IMG/VR virus record: IMGVR_UViG_3300025674_006584
DNA length: 64,000 bases
Reading direction: 5' to 3' (one strand)
Origin: an uncultured virus (IMG/VR IMGVR_UViG_3300025674_006584)
Taxonomy: Duplodnaviria; Heunggongvirae; Uroviricota; Caudoviricetes
The stretch's first letter is position 1. Each line of letters opens with the position of its first letter. This document shows positions 40,783-50,889 of the stretch, piece after piece. The translations under genes were made by a program, and so were the position numbers. Below the pieces are notes generated by a model. The model had not been told where the DNA came from. It worked only from the letters and a program-made list of their open reading frames with translations, and made no database searches.

Positions 40783-41628
40783 ATGCTTAGTTACATAGGA
40801 GGAAAGAGTAAGATAGGTAAATGGATTGTTCCGTATTACCCTAAAGACATTGAGACATATGTAGAACCATTCGGGGGAATGTTTTGGTGTTACTACAATA
40901 TGAATTTGGATGAGTACCCAAATCTTAAGAATATTGTATATAACGACTTCAACCCACTAAACTATAATTTGTTTCAGTGTGTTCAAAACCCTGATGTATT
41001 ATTGATGGCGATTGAAAGTATACCCTGCCAACAGAAAGGGGTGGACAACACACCTGAAGAATATAAAGAACTATTTAAAAATTTTCAGAATGAAATATTC
41101 GCAGATGATTTTGTGATTAACTATCCAGATTACGAAGTTGCTGCTAAGTACGCTTACATTTTAACACAGGTTTTTAGTGGTAGTAAACCTGAGTCTTCGA
41201 ACTACATTGACCTTAAGGGTAAGTATAAATCTAAGTACCTTACCTTTAGAGATAAACTGAAGAATGAAAAGTGGTTGGACAAATTCTCAAAGATTAATTT
41301 TGTTGAGAATATGGACTTTGAAGAACTCATTAATAAGTATGACGGACCAAACACATATTTCTACTTAGACCCACCGTATTGGAAAACGGAAAACTATTAT
41401 TCAAATCACGATTTTGATAGGAATGACCACGAAAGATTGGCTAAGGTTCTGAACAATATTAAAGGAAAGTTTTCGTTATCATATTATGATTTTGAACTTT
41501 TAAGTGAATGGTTTCCAAAAAAGGATTATCTTTGGGAACAGAAAGACTTCGTAAAGGCAGCCGCAGCTAAAAAAGGAAAAACACAAAACAAAGGCACTGA
41601 ACTATTAATTTTAAACTATAATTTGTAA
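40783..41628 (+). CDS. Dam-like (D12 class) DNA adenine methyltransferase
   Basis: YIGGKS, VEPFGG, YND, YLDPPY. Confidence 0.9.
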   Translation: MLSYIGGKSKIGKWIVPYYPKDIETYVEPFGGMFWCYYNMNLDEYPNLKNIVYNDFNPLNYNLFQCVQNPDVLLMAIESIPCQQKGVDNTPEEYKELFKNFQNEIFADDFVINYPDYEVAAKYAYILTQVFSGSKPESSNYIDLKGKYKSKYLTFRDKLKNEKWLDKFSKINFVENMDFEELINKYDGPNTYFYLDPPYWKTENYYSNHDFDRNDHERLAKVLNNIKGKFSLSYYDFELLSEWFPKKDYLWEQKDFVKAAAAKKGKTQNKGTELLILNYNL

Positions 41629-41653
41629 TCTTTTAACCTAACCATATATTTAT

Positions 41654-42997
41654 ATGAAAAAGAAAGAAATGAAATTTGGTAGTATTGTAAGAAGTATTAT
41701 CCTTGAACAAGGTAGATATGAAATCCTTAAAAAGACTTATACCCAACCTAAGAAAAAAGGTGATAAAGTTAAACCTGCTAGATTATCTGTTGAAGACTTA
41801 GATAAAATCGTCTTAGCTGACCCTACAACACGTAGAGATGGAGATACGATTAAAAAGGCAGGTACTTACTCACAATGGTTACTAAAACAATTTTTATCTT
41901 TAGAACCTGAAGCTGAGTATGGTACACCACAGTTCAAGTCTCAGATGTCAGAACTTAAAAGGAGATTCTTCGAAGATTTGTATAGAACCACAGAGGCATT
42001 ACAAAAGTTCGACAGATTCAAAGGACAATTAGAACAAGAAGATAGAGATATCAACAAACATAATATTGATAGTCTAACAGATATTACTGTTGATTTTAGC
42101 TTAGAAAAAACTAAAGCGTCTAAAGAAGAAAGACAAGAAGCGTCTAAGACATATGAACATCCAGGAGGTGAGGTTATTCACAGAGGGGCTAAATGGACGG
42201 TCGTTAAAATCGAGGACCAAGGTGAATTAGGTAAAGACGCCGCTTGTTTTTATGGTGGATATGGTTTGAACACGGGCAAGGGTGAAAGTAGTTGGTGTAC
42301 TTCAGCACCTGGTGGTAGTATGTTTAATCATTATATTAAGTCGGGACCTTTGTATGTTATTTTACCTAATGAAGCTAAATCTTTCAGGTCGGATGATGTA
42401 AAAACAGGAGAAAAATCAGGACTACCTGCTTTAAGATATCAGTTCCATTTTCCATCCAATCAATTTATGGACCCACAAGATAGACAAATTGATTTGATAA
42501 ACTTCTTAAATGAAAACACTGAATTAAAAGAGGTATTTAAACCTGAGTTTATGAAAGGTTTAACAGGTTCTGAAGGTACTTCAGTTTCTGTGGAGTACCC
42601 AAATGACTCGGCATCTAAATTCATAGCATTGTATGGATTCGATGAATTCTTTGAAACATTACCTGATAATTTGGAGAGACTTGATTTTGTTAAGGGTAGT
42701 AGAGGATATGGAAGAGAAGAAGAAAAACCATTCTCAGTTAAATTACCGTCTACCATTGGTAGATTTAAAAAACTAAACGCACTTCACTTAGAAGGTATTG
42801 TAGACAACTTACCAAAAGAGTTAGGAGACTTAAAAGATTTGGTGTTCCTATCATTACCAAACAATCCTAATCTGAATAATTTACCGAGTGAAATCGCAAA
42901 GTTAGATAACCTACAGGTTATTAACTTGAAAAATACACCAAACGTAAAAATCCCTGATGAAATTGAAATGAAGAAGGGATTACACATATTTAGATAA
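41654..42997 (+). CDS. WCT-motif domain protein with C-terminal leucine-rich repeats; likely start 41669
   Basis: AACFYG...WCTSAPG..F..Y...GPLYV; LPSTIGRFKKL, LPKELGDLKDL, LPSEIAKLDNL. Confidence 0.7.
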   Translation: MKKKEMKFGSIVRSIILEQGRYEILKKTYTQPKKKGDKVKPARLSVEDLDKIVLADPTTRRDGDTIKKAGTYSQWLLKQFLSLEPEAEYGTPQFKSQMSELKRRFFEDLYRTTEALQKFDRFKGQLEQEDRDINKHNIDSLTDITVDFSLEKTKASKEERQEASKTYEHPGGEVIHRGAKWTVVKIEDQGELGKDAACFYGGYGLNTGKGESSWCTSAPGGSMFNHYIKSGPLYVILPNEAKSFRSDDVKTGEKSGLPALRYQFHFPSNQFMDPQDRQIDLINFLNENTELKEVFKPEFMKGLTGSEGTSVSVEYPNDSASKFIALYGFDEFFETLPDNLERLDFVKGSRGYGREEEKPFSVKLPSTIGRFKKLNALHLEGIVDNLPKELGDLKDLVFLSLPNNPNLNNLPSEIAKLDNLQVINLKNTPNVKIPDEIEMKKGLHIFR

Positions 42998-43043
42998 AGC
43001 TTGAAAATAACCACGAAAGTGGTTATTTTTGTTTTAAATAATA

Positions 43044-43337
43044 ATGATTATGGATAGTGTTGATATAGAAATTTACCTATCTCAGGTAAAAACGTTTTTT
43101 AATCAAAACCCCGAACAGTTATTAAAGTTGTTGGGACAAGCATCTGCTGAAGATTTTTTTAAAGGGGTCAAAAAAATTGCAATGCAAAACATGGAAAACG
43201 GAGAAGATATCCAACTTACTAATAATCAGATGATACAGTTGGTCGTAGACCTGAACAAACCGAAGCAAAAAATTCAAACTACCGAAGTTTTAGTTCCGTT
43301 TATAAAACATAGGTTTGGTAATATATATTTGAATTGA
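43044..43337 (+). CDS. Hypothetical protein
   Basis: 97-aa ORF. Confidence 0.55.
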   Translation: MIMDSVDIEIYLSQVKTFFNQNPEQLLKLLGQASAEDFFKGVKKIAMQNMENGEDIQLTNNQMIQLVVDLNKPKQKIQTTEVLVPFIKHRFGNIYLN

Positions 43338-43379
43338 CAGTTCTTTTTTTATATCTTATTTTATTAAAAACTATTTTTT

Positions 43380-45089
43380 ATGGGTAAGGTTGTGTTATAC
43401 GAAAAAAAGAGTTCATTAAATATATTGGAACACTTTTATACGTACAATAAAATAGATACGATTGATGGTAAATTGAATAAAAGTAAATACGGATATTTTA
43501 AATTTAAAAGTCAAGACAACATAAGTGATAAAGAAGTACGAAGATATTACGCTGATAAGACAAAGACTTTAACCATACTTCATTCTATTGTGCAAGTAAT
43601 CCAAGATGGTAATAAGATTAGTATTAGGTATAAGTACTTTACTAGGTGTAGACAAAAAGGGGGACAATACTTTAAAGTAAGAAGAACAAATAGTTTTGTA
43701 ACTTATAACACAAAAACAAAGAATTTTTATTTCGGTAGAATAGAAAATAAGAATAAAAAATTAGTATCCAAGAAAGTCAGATGTAACCAGTTTAAAACAC
43801 CATTTTTAACTGAACTTAAACTTTCTATTAGAAGGACTTTCAACCACTTTATGACTAAGACTGGTGATTGGAAAGATATGATTTCATCTAAAACTGAGTA
43901 CGGTAGTTATGGAGATGAAATTGCATTTAAAGCACTTGAACAATTCGCGTACGCTATATTCAATAAGAATTTAATTTTATTTGATTACAAATCAAATCAT
44001 CTAGAAAGTCAATTATATAAACTATATCTTAAAGATAATGGTATATCTTTTCCTGATACAGTGGTTCAGTATTCAGTAATACAGATACCTAAAGTTAAAA
44101 TGTTAAAGGAAGGTAATATAGTCAACTGTTTTATGAACTCAAATAATATTAAAGGCAGACACGCAAGAACAATATTAAATCAAAATAGAGATATAGACTT
44201 TCATACTTTAAATGAAGTTTATCATAACTTTGGTATCGATTACTTCAATATGATTAGAAAAACATTTTTTAGTAGAAGTACTGATGGTATGTACAATGCG
44301 TGGTTTAATATGATAGATGTTAAAGTAAATTGTAGAATTTATGAGTTAAGTAAGAATGATAAAAAACGTATTGTAAAATTAATTAATGATAGTTCTGATA
44401 TTGATTGGGGTTTGATTAAAAATCACTTATATATGATATCAGAGTTGAGTAAATTCGGTGAAAGTTTTAAAATTAACTTTACTAATAGACACGACTTCAA
44501 TCATGAACACTACCAACTAACAGAATTACTTGAGAAGTATAAAGAAGGTAAAGTTACTAGAATCTATAATAATGAATTCATAAAAGAAATCGAAGAACCA
44601 ATTTACGGATTTAATGTAGATTATTATCCTATACTACTAATGAGTTCTACACAATACAATGATGAATCACGTATACAATCTAATTGCGTAAGGACATACA
44701 TAGAAATTCCAAACTGTTTTATCGTTTCACTAAGGGAGGGGTCATTGTATGGTGATGTAAGAGCCACAATAGAGTATAAAATATCTAAGAACAAAATTAA
44801 TAGAGTCCAAACCAGAGGTAGATTTAACTCTAACCTAAGTGAAATATGGGACGTTCCTTTAGAGATACTTGACAATAGAGTTAATATGTTGTTTAAAAGA
44901 GGTAAATTCGATTTACCAAAACTTACTAAAGAATTCAGTAATGGTAAAATCATAGAAAGAAGAGCAATATTCCCCGAAGATGACCTAAAACACATTTATC
45001 CTATATGGGACGAAAAGATTCCAAATGGAAATACTTCTTTCATTGATTATGATTATTTAGTTGATGAAAATGTTGAGTTACCATTTTGA
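43380..45089 (+). CDS. PcfJ-like domain protein
   Basis: C-terminal ES..QSNCVRTY....IVSLR....ATIEY.....VQTRGRFN. Confidence 0.65.
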   Translation: MGKVVLYEKKSSLNILEHFYTYNKIDTIDGKLNKSKYGYFKFKSQDNISDKEVRRYYADKTKTLTILHSIVQVIQDGNKISIRYKYFTRCRQKGGQYFKVRRTNSFVTYNTKTKNFYFGRIENKNKKLVSKKVRCNQFKTPFLTELKLSIRRTFNHFMTKTGDWKDMISSKTEYGSYGDEIAFKALEQFAYAIFNKNLILFDYKSNHLESQLYKLYLKDNGISFPDTVVQYSVIQIPKVKMLKEGNIVNCFMNSNNIKGRHARTILNQNRDIDFHTLNEVYHNFGIDYFNMIRKTFFSRSTDGMYNAWFNMIDVKVNCRIYELSKNDKKRIVKLINDSSDIDWGLIKNHLYMISELSKFGESFKINFTNRHDFNHEHYQLTELLEKYKEGKVTRIYNNEFIKEIEEPIYGFNVDYYPILLMSSTQYNDESRIQSNCVRTYIEIPNCFIVSLREGSLYGDVRATIEYKISKNKINRVQTRGRFNSNLSEIWDVPLEILDNRVNMLFKRGKFDLPKLTKEFSNGKIIERRAIFPEDDLKHIYPIWDEKIPNGNTSFIDYDYLVDENVELPF

Positions 45090-45116
45090 TTTTTAAAAAA
45101 ATGTTTTATATATTTG
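45085..45116 (+). promoter_or_regulatory. Bacteroidota-type promoter (TTTG-N20-TATATTTG)
   Basis: TTTG 45085-45088; TATATTTG 45109-45116. Confidence 0.7.
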
Positions 45117-45149
45117 TGTTGTAAAACTTTTTAAAACAAAAAAACAAAA

Positions 45150-45287
45150 ATGGCAAAAGCTAAAAATCTCAGCACACGGGTTGTAAAACCAAAGAAAAAC
45201 AACAAAGGTGTCCACGCGACGACTAAAACGTCCAAAAACAAAAATTCAAAAAACTATAAGAAATCATATCGTGGACAAGGTCGTTAA
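45150..45287 (+). CDS. 45-aa Lys-rich protein ending YRGQGR (not in ORF track)
   Basis: Own promoter and A-rich leader; no acidic residues. Confidence 0.65.
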   Translation: MAKAKNLSTRVVKPKKNNKGVHATTKTSKNKNSKNYKKSYRGQGR

Positions 45288-45356
45288 TATTTTTTAACGA
45301 CAAGTCTTTCCTTATGGTTTAATTAATCTATTTTTATCAAGTTTAATTTTAAGACA

Positions 45357-45953
45357 ATGGCAAATCATGTAAGTAATAACATTCGTGTTATTGGAAATGA
45401 AAAAGTACAAGAGCGTATGAATGAGTATATTAAAGCTCTTGAAGAGTTAGATTACTCAGATACGGGTGGGTTCGCAAAAACGTTTTACAATTCACCAGAA
45501 CTCGGTGAAGGTGGTGGAACAATGAATTCATGGGCAGGAGAAAACATCGGAGCAAAGTGGGCATACTTTGAACATACCATAGATGATAACGAAATTAAAG
45601 TAACATCCGCATGGCATCCAGTTAAAGAATTCACAATGCACCTTTACAACCTACTCGTAGAGTTGGACCCCGAAGTTGCAGTGGAGAACAGATACGAAGA
45701 TGAAACCTATGACCCTGTTGGTGGTATCTTGGTATATAAAAATCATATCTTTATGGATGAGGATAATGACTTTGAGTGGCCGGATGAGGATGAGATGGAA
45801 AATGAAGATGAATATGAAGACGCTATGATGAATCTATATGACGAAGTTGGTCAAACACAAGATGGTATTATAGAAGTAGGTTATATTCATATTAATAACG
45901 GTGACGGAGACCCCTTCGTATTTACGGAGACGGAAAGTCAAACCACCGAATAA
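45357..45953 (+). CDS. YubB/DUF1281-like ferredoxin-fold protein
   Basis: MANHVSN, ENIGAKW, TSAWHP. Confidence 0.5.
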   Translation: MANHVSNNIRVIGNEKVQERMNEYIKALEELDYSDTGGFAKTFYNSPELGEGGGTMNSWAGENIGAKWAYFEHTIDDNEIKVTSAWHPVKEFTMHLYNLLVELDPEVAVENRYEDETYDPVGGILVYKNHIFMDEDNDFEWPDEDEMENEDEYEDAMMNLYDEVGQTQDGIIEVGYIHINNGDGDPFVFTETESQTTE

Positions 45954-45965
45954 AAAAGAATACTG

Positions 45966-45994
45966 AACTACCCTCAAAGTGGGGGTAGTTTTTT
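45966..45994 (+). terminator. Intrinsic terminator
   Basis: aactaccc.../...gggtagtt followed by a T-run. Confidence 0.75.
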
Positions 45995-46032
45995 ATTATA
46001 TAAACAACAAATAAACCTTAAAAAAAAAACAA

Positions 46033-48786
46033 ATGAAATTTATCAATCGATTGTTTATGTTAACCGTGATGACACTATCAAGCTTGGGTGTCTTTGCACA
46101 AATCACTGGTAAAGTTGTTGACTCTAAGACAGGTAATGAGCTCATTGGGGCTAATGTCTATCTTGAGGGTAATACAAGGGGAACTTCAACTAATGTATCA
46201 GGTGAGTTTAGTTTAGATACTGAACCATCAGGTAACTTAGTTGTGAGTTTTATCGGGTATGAAACTTTGACTTTACCAGCTAAAACTGATATGGGAACCA
46301 TATCTCTTGTGACTACTGCGTTAGGATTGGACGAAGCGTCCGTTATTGTTAACGTTGTTGATTTCGCACAAGTAAGAGAAACTCCTGTAGCAGTATCAAC
46401 TATTGGACCTTCAGAGATTGCTTTGAAAGTAGGTAACCAAGAATTTCCAGAAATTATGAATAGAACACCTGGTGTCTATGCTACAAAACAAGGGGGTGGT
46501 TACGGTGACTCTCGTATCTCTTTGAGAGGTTTTGACCAAAGGAACACATCTTTCTTGATTAACGGACAACCTGTTAATGATATGGAGAACGGATGGGTAT
46601 ATTGGTCCAACTGGCAAGGTCTAACTGACGTGGCTTCAGGTATTCAAATCCAAAGAGGTTTGGGTGCGTCACGTCTCGCAGTTCCATCTGTTGGTGGTAC
46701 TGTATCTATTTCTACTAAAGCTGCTGACAAAGAGCAAGGTGGTTCTGTTGCTGAAACTATTGGTAACGATGGATTCACTAAAACATCTGTAACTTACAAC
46801 ACAGGTAAAAACGAGAATGGATGGGCTTCATCTTTCTTATTGAGTAAGTGGGCAGGTGATGGGTACGTCTACGGAACTCAGGGTGAGGGATGGACATACT
46901 TCGGGGCTATTGGATATGAACCAGAAGGTTCTGACCATTCTCTTAACTTAGCTTTATTGGGTGCGGGTCAATGGCACCACCAAAGAGATGCATGGGTGTC
47001 TATTCGTGACTACGAAAACTTTGGTGAAGAAGGTATTGACAGAAGATGGAATACCGACGCAGGTTTCTTGGAAGGTGAAGAGTTTTCTATGAGAAGAAAC
47101 TTCTACAACAAACCACTTGCAACTTTTAACTGGGATTGGGAAATCAATGATAACTTGAAACTCAACACATCTATCTATGGTTCAGCAGGACGTGGTGGAG
47201 GAACAGGTCCTCGTGGTCAATACTTCCGTAATGGTGAAATCAATAACCACCCATATAATGCGGACTTAACACAACACTATTTAGAAGATAGTTTGGGTAC
47301 TCGTGATGAGGATGGATTTATTGACTTTGACGCAGTAGTTGCCGCGAATATCGCAACAACTAACGGTTATGGTACAACTGACTCATTAACTTCAAGTCCT
47401 TTTTACGGATTGTTGATTGGTTCTAATGGGTATAATGGTGAAGATGTAAACAGAGCTGTTGAAGTTCGTAGAGCATCTATGAATTCACACGACTGGGTTG
47501 GTGCGATTTCTAACTTAGAATACAATAAAGACAAGTGGACTGCGTCTATTGGTTTAGACCTTCGTAACTACAAAGGTTACCACTACAGAGCGTTGAATAA
47601 CTTGATGGGTCTTGATGGATACTACTCTACAGGAGATAAGAATAGTCAGGGTCTAATCATTACAGAAGGTTCAACAATTGAAGCTAACCCATTCAGTAAC
47701 ACTGGTTTGAATGGTCCAAAACTTGACTATTACAATGTAGGTCTTGTTAAGTGGGCAGGTTTGAATGGATTACTTGAATACAATGACGGTGACCAATTAA
47801 CTGCAGTTGTTCAAGCTGGAGTGTCAAATCAAGCATACCAAAGAATTGATTACTTTGACCAACCAAATAATGTTGTTTCTGAAGTTGCAACACTACCAGG
47901 TGGTTATGTTAAGGGTGGTGTAAACTACAACATTAATGAAAAGTCAAATGTATTCTTTAATACAGGTATGATTTCAAGACAACCTAACTTTGATGCGGTA
48001 TTCCCTAACTTTGCTAACATCGTTAACGAAGACCTTGAGAACGAACAGATTTCTTCTCTTGAATTGGGTTACGGTTTCTTGGGTGACGACCTTACTTTGA
48101 ATGTAAATGCTTACAACACAAATTGGGGTAACAGATTTATCTCAAGAAGTGTAGATGTTGCAATAAACGACTCAACAATGGTTGAAGGTAACGCACAATT
48201 TAGTGGTATCGATGTGGTTCACAAAGGTATCGAACTTGAAGCCACTTACAGACCAACCTCAAACTTAAAAGTTACAGGTATGGCTTCTTTAGGTGATTGG
48301 AGATACACTAAGAACTTTGAAGCTGAAATCTTTGATGATAACAATAACTTGTTGGGTAACGCGACTCTTTATACTGAAGGTGCTAAAGTCGGTGACGCAG
48401 CACAACTTACAGGTAACTTAGGTGTTGATTACCGTATTACAAAAGGTTTGAACGTTGATTTAGGTTATAGATATGTTGACGGATTGTATGCGGACTACTC
48501 TATCAATAGTTCGGCATTCTTGTCAGAAGATAACTTGGGAGCATTACAATTACCATCTTACAGTTTGGTCGATTTAGGTATCACCTCAAGATTCGGATTG
48601 TTAGGTAACAATGCAACTTTCAGACTTAACGTAAACAACTTGTTTGATACAGTATATATTGCTGAGTCTAATACAAATATCCATGCAGATGATAACTCTA
48701 CAACATGGAATGGTATTGATAATAGAAACTCAGTATGGTTCGGATTTGGTAGAACTTGGAACGCTTCTTTGAAGTACACTTTCTAA
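46033..48786 (+). CDS. TonB-dependent outer-membrane receptor 2 (Flavobacteria type)
   Basis: Signal peptide VFA-Q, GKVVD, TPGVYATKQGGGYGDSRISLRGF, C-terminal GFGRTWNASLKYTF. Confidence 0.93.
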   Translation: MKFINRLFMLTVMTLSSLGVFAQITGKVVDSKTGNELIGANVYLEGNTRGTSTNVSGEFSLDTEPSGNLVVSFIGYETLTLPAKTDMGTISLVTTALGLDEASVIVNVVDFAQVRETPVAVSTIGPSEIALKVGNQEFPEIMNRTPGVYATKQGGGYGDSRISLRGFDQRNTSFLINGQPVNDMENGWVYWSNWQGLTDVASGIQIQRGLGASRLAVPSVGGTVSISTKAADKEQGGSVAETIGNDGFTKTSVTYNTGKNENGWASSFLLSKWAGDGYVYGTQGEGWTYFGAIGYEPEGSDHSLNLALLGAGQWHHQRDAWVSIRDYENFGEEGIDRRWNTDAGFLEGEEFSMRRNFYNKPLATFNWDWEINDNLKLNTSIYGSAGRGGGTGPRGQYFRNGEINNHPYNADLTQHYLEDSLGTRDEDGFIDFDAVVAANIATTNGYGTTDSLTSSPFYGLLIGSNGYNGEDVNRAVEVRRASMNSHDWVGAISNLEYNKDKWTASIGLDLRNYKGYHYRALNNLMGLDGYYSTGDKNSQGLIITEGSTIEANPFSNTGLNGPKLDYYNVGLVKWAGLNGLLEYNDGDQLTAVVQAGVSNQAYQRIDYFDQPNNVVSEVATLPGGYVKGGVNYNINEKSNVFFNTGMISRQPNFDAVFPNFANIVNEDLENEQISSLELGYGFLGDDLTLNVNAYNTNWGNRFISRSVDVAINDSTMVEGNAQFSGIDVVHKGIELEATYRPTSNLKVTGMASLGDWRYTKNFEAEIFDDNNNLLGNATLYTEGAKVGDAAQLTGNLGVDYRITKGLNVDLGYRYVDGLYADYSINSSAFLSEDNLGALQLPSYSLVDLGITSRFGLLGNNATFRLNVNNLFDTVYIAESNTNIHADDNSTTWNGIDNRNSVWFGFGRTWNASLKYTF

Positions 48787-48810
48787 TCAAATAGAAAAAA
48801 AATAATAGTG

Positions 48811-48842
48811 AAAAGGGGTTCATTTTTTGAGTCCCTTTTTTT
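48811..48842 (+). terminator. Intrinsic terminator after TonB receptor 2
   Basis: aaaaggggttca/tgagtccctttt followed by a T-run. Confidence 0.7.
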
Positions 48843-48861
48843 ATATTTTAAAAAAAACAAC

Positions 48862-49941
48862 ATGAAAATTAAATTAGAGTACATTTGGTTAGATGGTTAC
48901 ACTCCTGAACCTAATCTTAGGAGTAAAGTTAAAGTTATAGATGCACCTACACATGAAGTTAATGGTAAGAAAGTTCATGGTGTTGGTATAACAGACTGTC
49001 CTGAGTGGTCTTTTGACGGCTCATCAACAAAACAAGCTGAAGGTAGTTACTCAGACTGTGTCCTCAAACCTGTTAACCTATACCCAAACCCTTTAAACAA
49101 AGGTATGTTGGATAGTTATTTGGTTTTGTGTGAGGTTATGAATCCTGATGGTACACCACACGAAAGTAATACTAGAAGTTTAATTGGTTTTGAAAATGAA
49201 GATGTATGGTTTGGATTCGAACAAGAATATACACTTATGAAAGATGGTAAACCAGTAGGTTTCCCTAAGGACGGATTTCCTGAACCACAAGGTAAGTACT
49301 ACTGTGGTGTAGGTAAATCACAAGTTAATGGTAGAAGTTTTGTTGACGCTCATTTAGAGAACTGTATTATGGCTGGATTAGATGTTACAGGAACTAACGC
49401 TGAAGTTATGTTAGGTCAATGGGAGTATCAGGTATTCAGTAAAGGTAAAGTAAAGGCGGGAGACGACCTGTGGATTTCAAGGTACCTCTTACAACAAATG
49501 TCAGAAGAATATGGTTATAATATTGAATTTCACCCTAAACCTGTAATAGGTGATTGGAATGGCTCAGGGCTCCATTGTAACTTCTCAAACGGAAGGATGA
49601 GAGAAGACGGAGATAAGAAGTACTACGAGAATATATTTGAATCATTTAAACAAAGACACGTAGAACATATAAGAAACTACGGCTCAAGTAATGAAATGAG
49701 ATTAACAGGGTTACACGAAACACAAAATATTAATAAGTTTAGTTGGGGTATATCAGATAGAGGGGCTTCAATAAGAGTTCCGTTAACCACAAGTGAAACT
49801 TGGAAAGGTTATTTAGAAGACAGAAGACCTGCATCAAATGCTGACCCATACAAAATAACAAAGGTTATATGTGATGGTTTAGACTTTGCGGCTAACATTG
49901 TAGAAAAGTTAGAAATAGAAGGTGATTTTGTGATAGTATGA
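48862..49941 (+). CDS. glnII: Glutamine synthetase type II (start moved to 48862)
   Basis: LEYIWLDG, WSFDGSST, FGFEQEY, NAEVMLGQWEYQ, DWNGSG.H.NFS, DRGASIR, EDRRPASNADPY. Confidence 0.93.
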   Translation: MKIKLEYIWLDGYTPEPNLRSKVKVIDAPTHEVNGKKVHGVGITDCPEWSFDGSSTKQAEGSYSDCVLKPVNLYPNPLNKGMLDSYLVLCEVMNPDGTPHESNTRSLIGFENEDVWFGFEQEYTLMKDGKPVGFPKDGFPEPQGKYYCGVGKSQVNGRSFVDAHLENCIMAGLDVTGTNAEVMLGQWEYQVFSKGKVKAGDDLWISRYLLQQMSEEYGYNIEFHPKPVIGDWNGSGLHCNFSNGRMREDGDKKYYENIFESFKQRHVEHIRNYGSSNEMRLTGLHETQNINKFSWGISDRGASIRVPLTTSETWKGYLEDRRPASNADPYKITKVICDGLDFAANIVEKLEIEGDFVIV

Positions 49942-50291
49942 CAGAAGAAAATAAAAATAAAAAAACCGAGATTATACCTGAAGATATTATAGATATGTCT
50001 AAAGATATTCTCGGTTTTTATCCATCTATAATTGAGACGGACTATTATACTGTAGATGCTTTGAGAGGGGTATTATCAAAAAACAAAATAATATGGTCAA
50101 ATAAACATTTTGACGGAAATACAACTATTTATCATAACGGATTAATAGAATTTAAAAATAATATTTTATTCTATTTTAATAGAAGAGAAAACGAAAACTT
50201 ATATAAATTTTACTGTCTGTCAAAAGAAGATTCTACAGACAGTATTATATTTTATTTAAATCAACTTAAAAAATTTAAAACAATATCATGA
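49938..50291 (+). CDS. Hypothetical protein
   Basis: 117-aa ORF within an operon. Confidence 0.55.
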   Translation: MTEENKNKKTEIIPEDIIDMSKDILGFYPSIIETDYYTVDALRGVLSKNKIIWSNKHFDGNTTIYHNGLIEFKNNILFYFNRRENENLYKFYCLSKEDSTDSIIFYLNQLKKFKTIS

Positions 50292-50605
50292 AATTAACGT
50301 CAGAAGAATTACAATCAAAAATAGACTCAGGAGAAAAATTTATCGTAGATTTATACGCCGATTGGTGCGGACCATGCAGAATGATGGGACCTATTATCGA
50401 TAAAGTATCTAATCAATTAAAAGAAGAAGGTCATGAAGTGAGTGTCTATAAATTTAATATAGAAGAAGATAGAGATATGGCCGTAAAATTAGGTGTAAGG
50501 TCTATACCTGCAATAAAAGGTTTTAATGGAGGTGAAAATGTAGTTAACAAAGTTGGTGTAATAAGTGAAACACAATTAATGGATATGGTAAAAGAAGTAT
50601 TATAA
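50288..50605 (+). CDS. trxA: Thioredoxin
   Basis: YADWCGPC, VRSIP. Confidence 0.9.
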   Translation: MKLTSEELQSKIDSGEKFIVDLYADWCGPCRMMGPIIDKVSNQLKEEGHEVSVYKFNIEEDRDMAVKLGVRSIPAIKGFNGGENVVNKVGVISETQLMDMVKEVL

Positions 50606-50889
50606 TGAAGGCAGTTATTATATATACAATGGACGGATGTTCTCATTGTATAAACATGAAAGAACAGTTAAAAGAAAATAATATTGATTTTCTTGAGAGA
50701 AATATTGATAAACATAAGAATGAGTATGAGTCATTTGTTAAGGCGACCAAAAACGATTACTTACCCGCATTTACACTTTTAGAAATAGATGATGATAATA
50801 ATGTTAATAATATCGTTTTAATGGCGCCAGACAGAGACTACAAAGACATTAACGAAGCGATTGATAAAGTAAAAAACTATCTTTTATAA
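50605..50889 (+). CDS. Glutaredoxin-like protein
   Basis: IYTMDGCSHC. Confidence 0.8.
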   Translation: MKAVIIYTMDGCSHCINMKEQLKENNIDFLERNIDKHKNEYESFVKATKNDYLPAFTLLEIDDDNNVNNIVLMAPDRDYKDINEAIDKVKNYLL

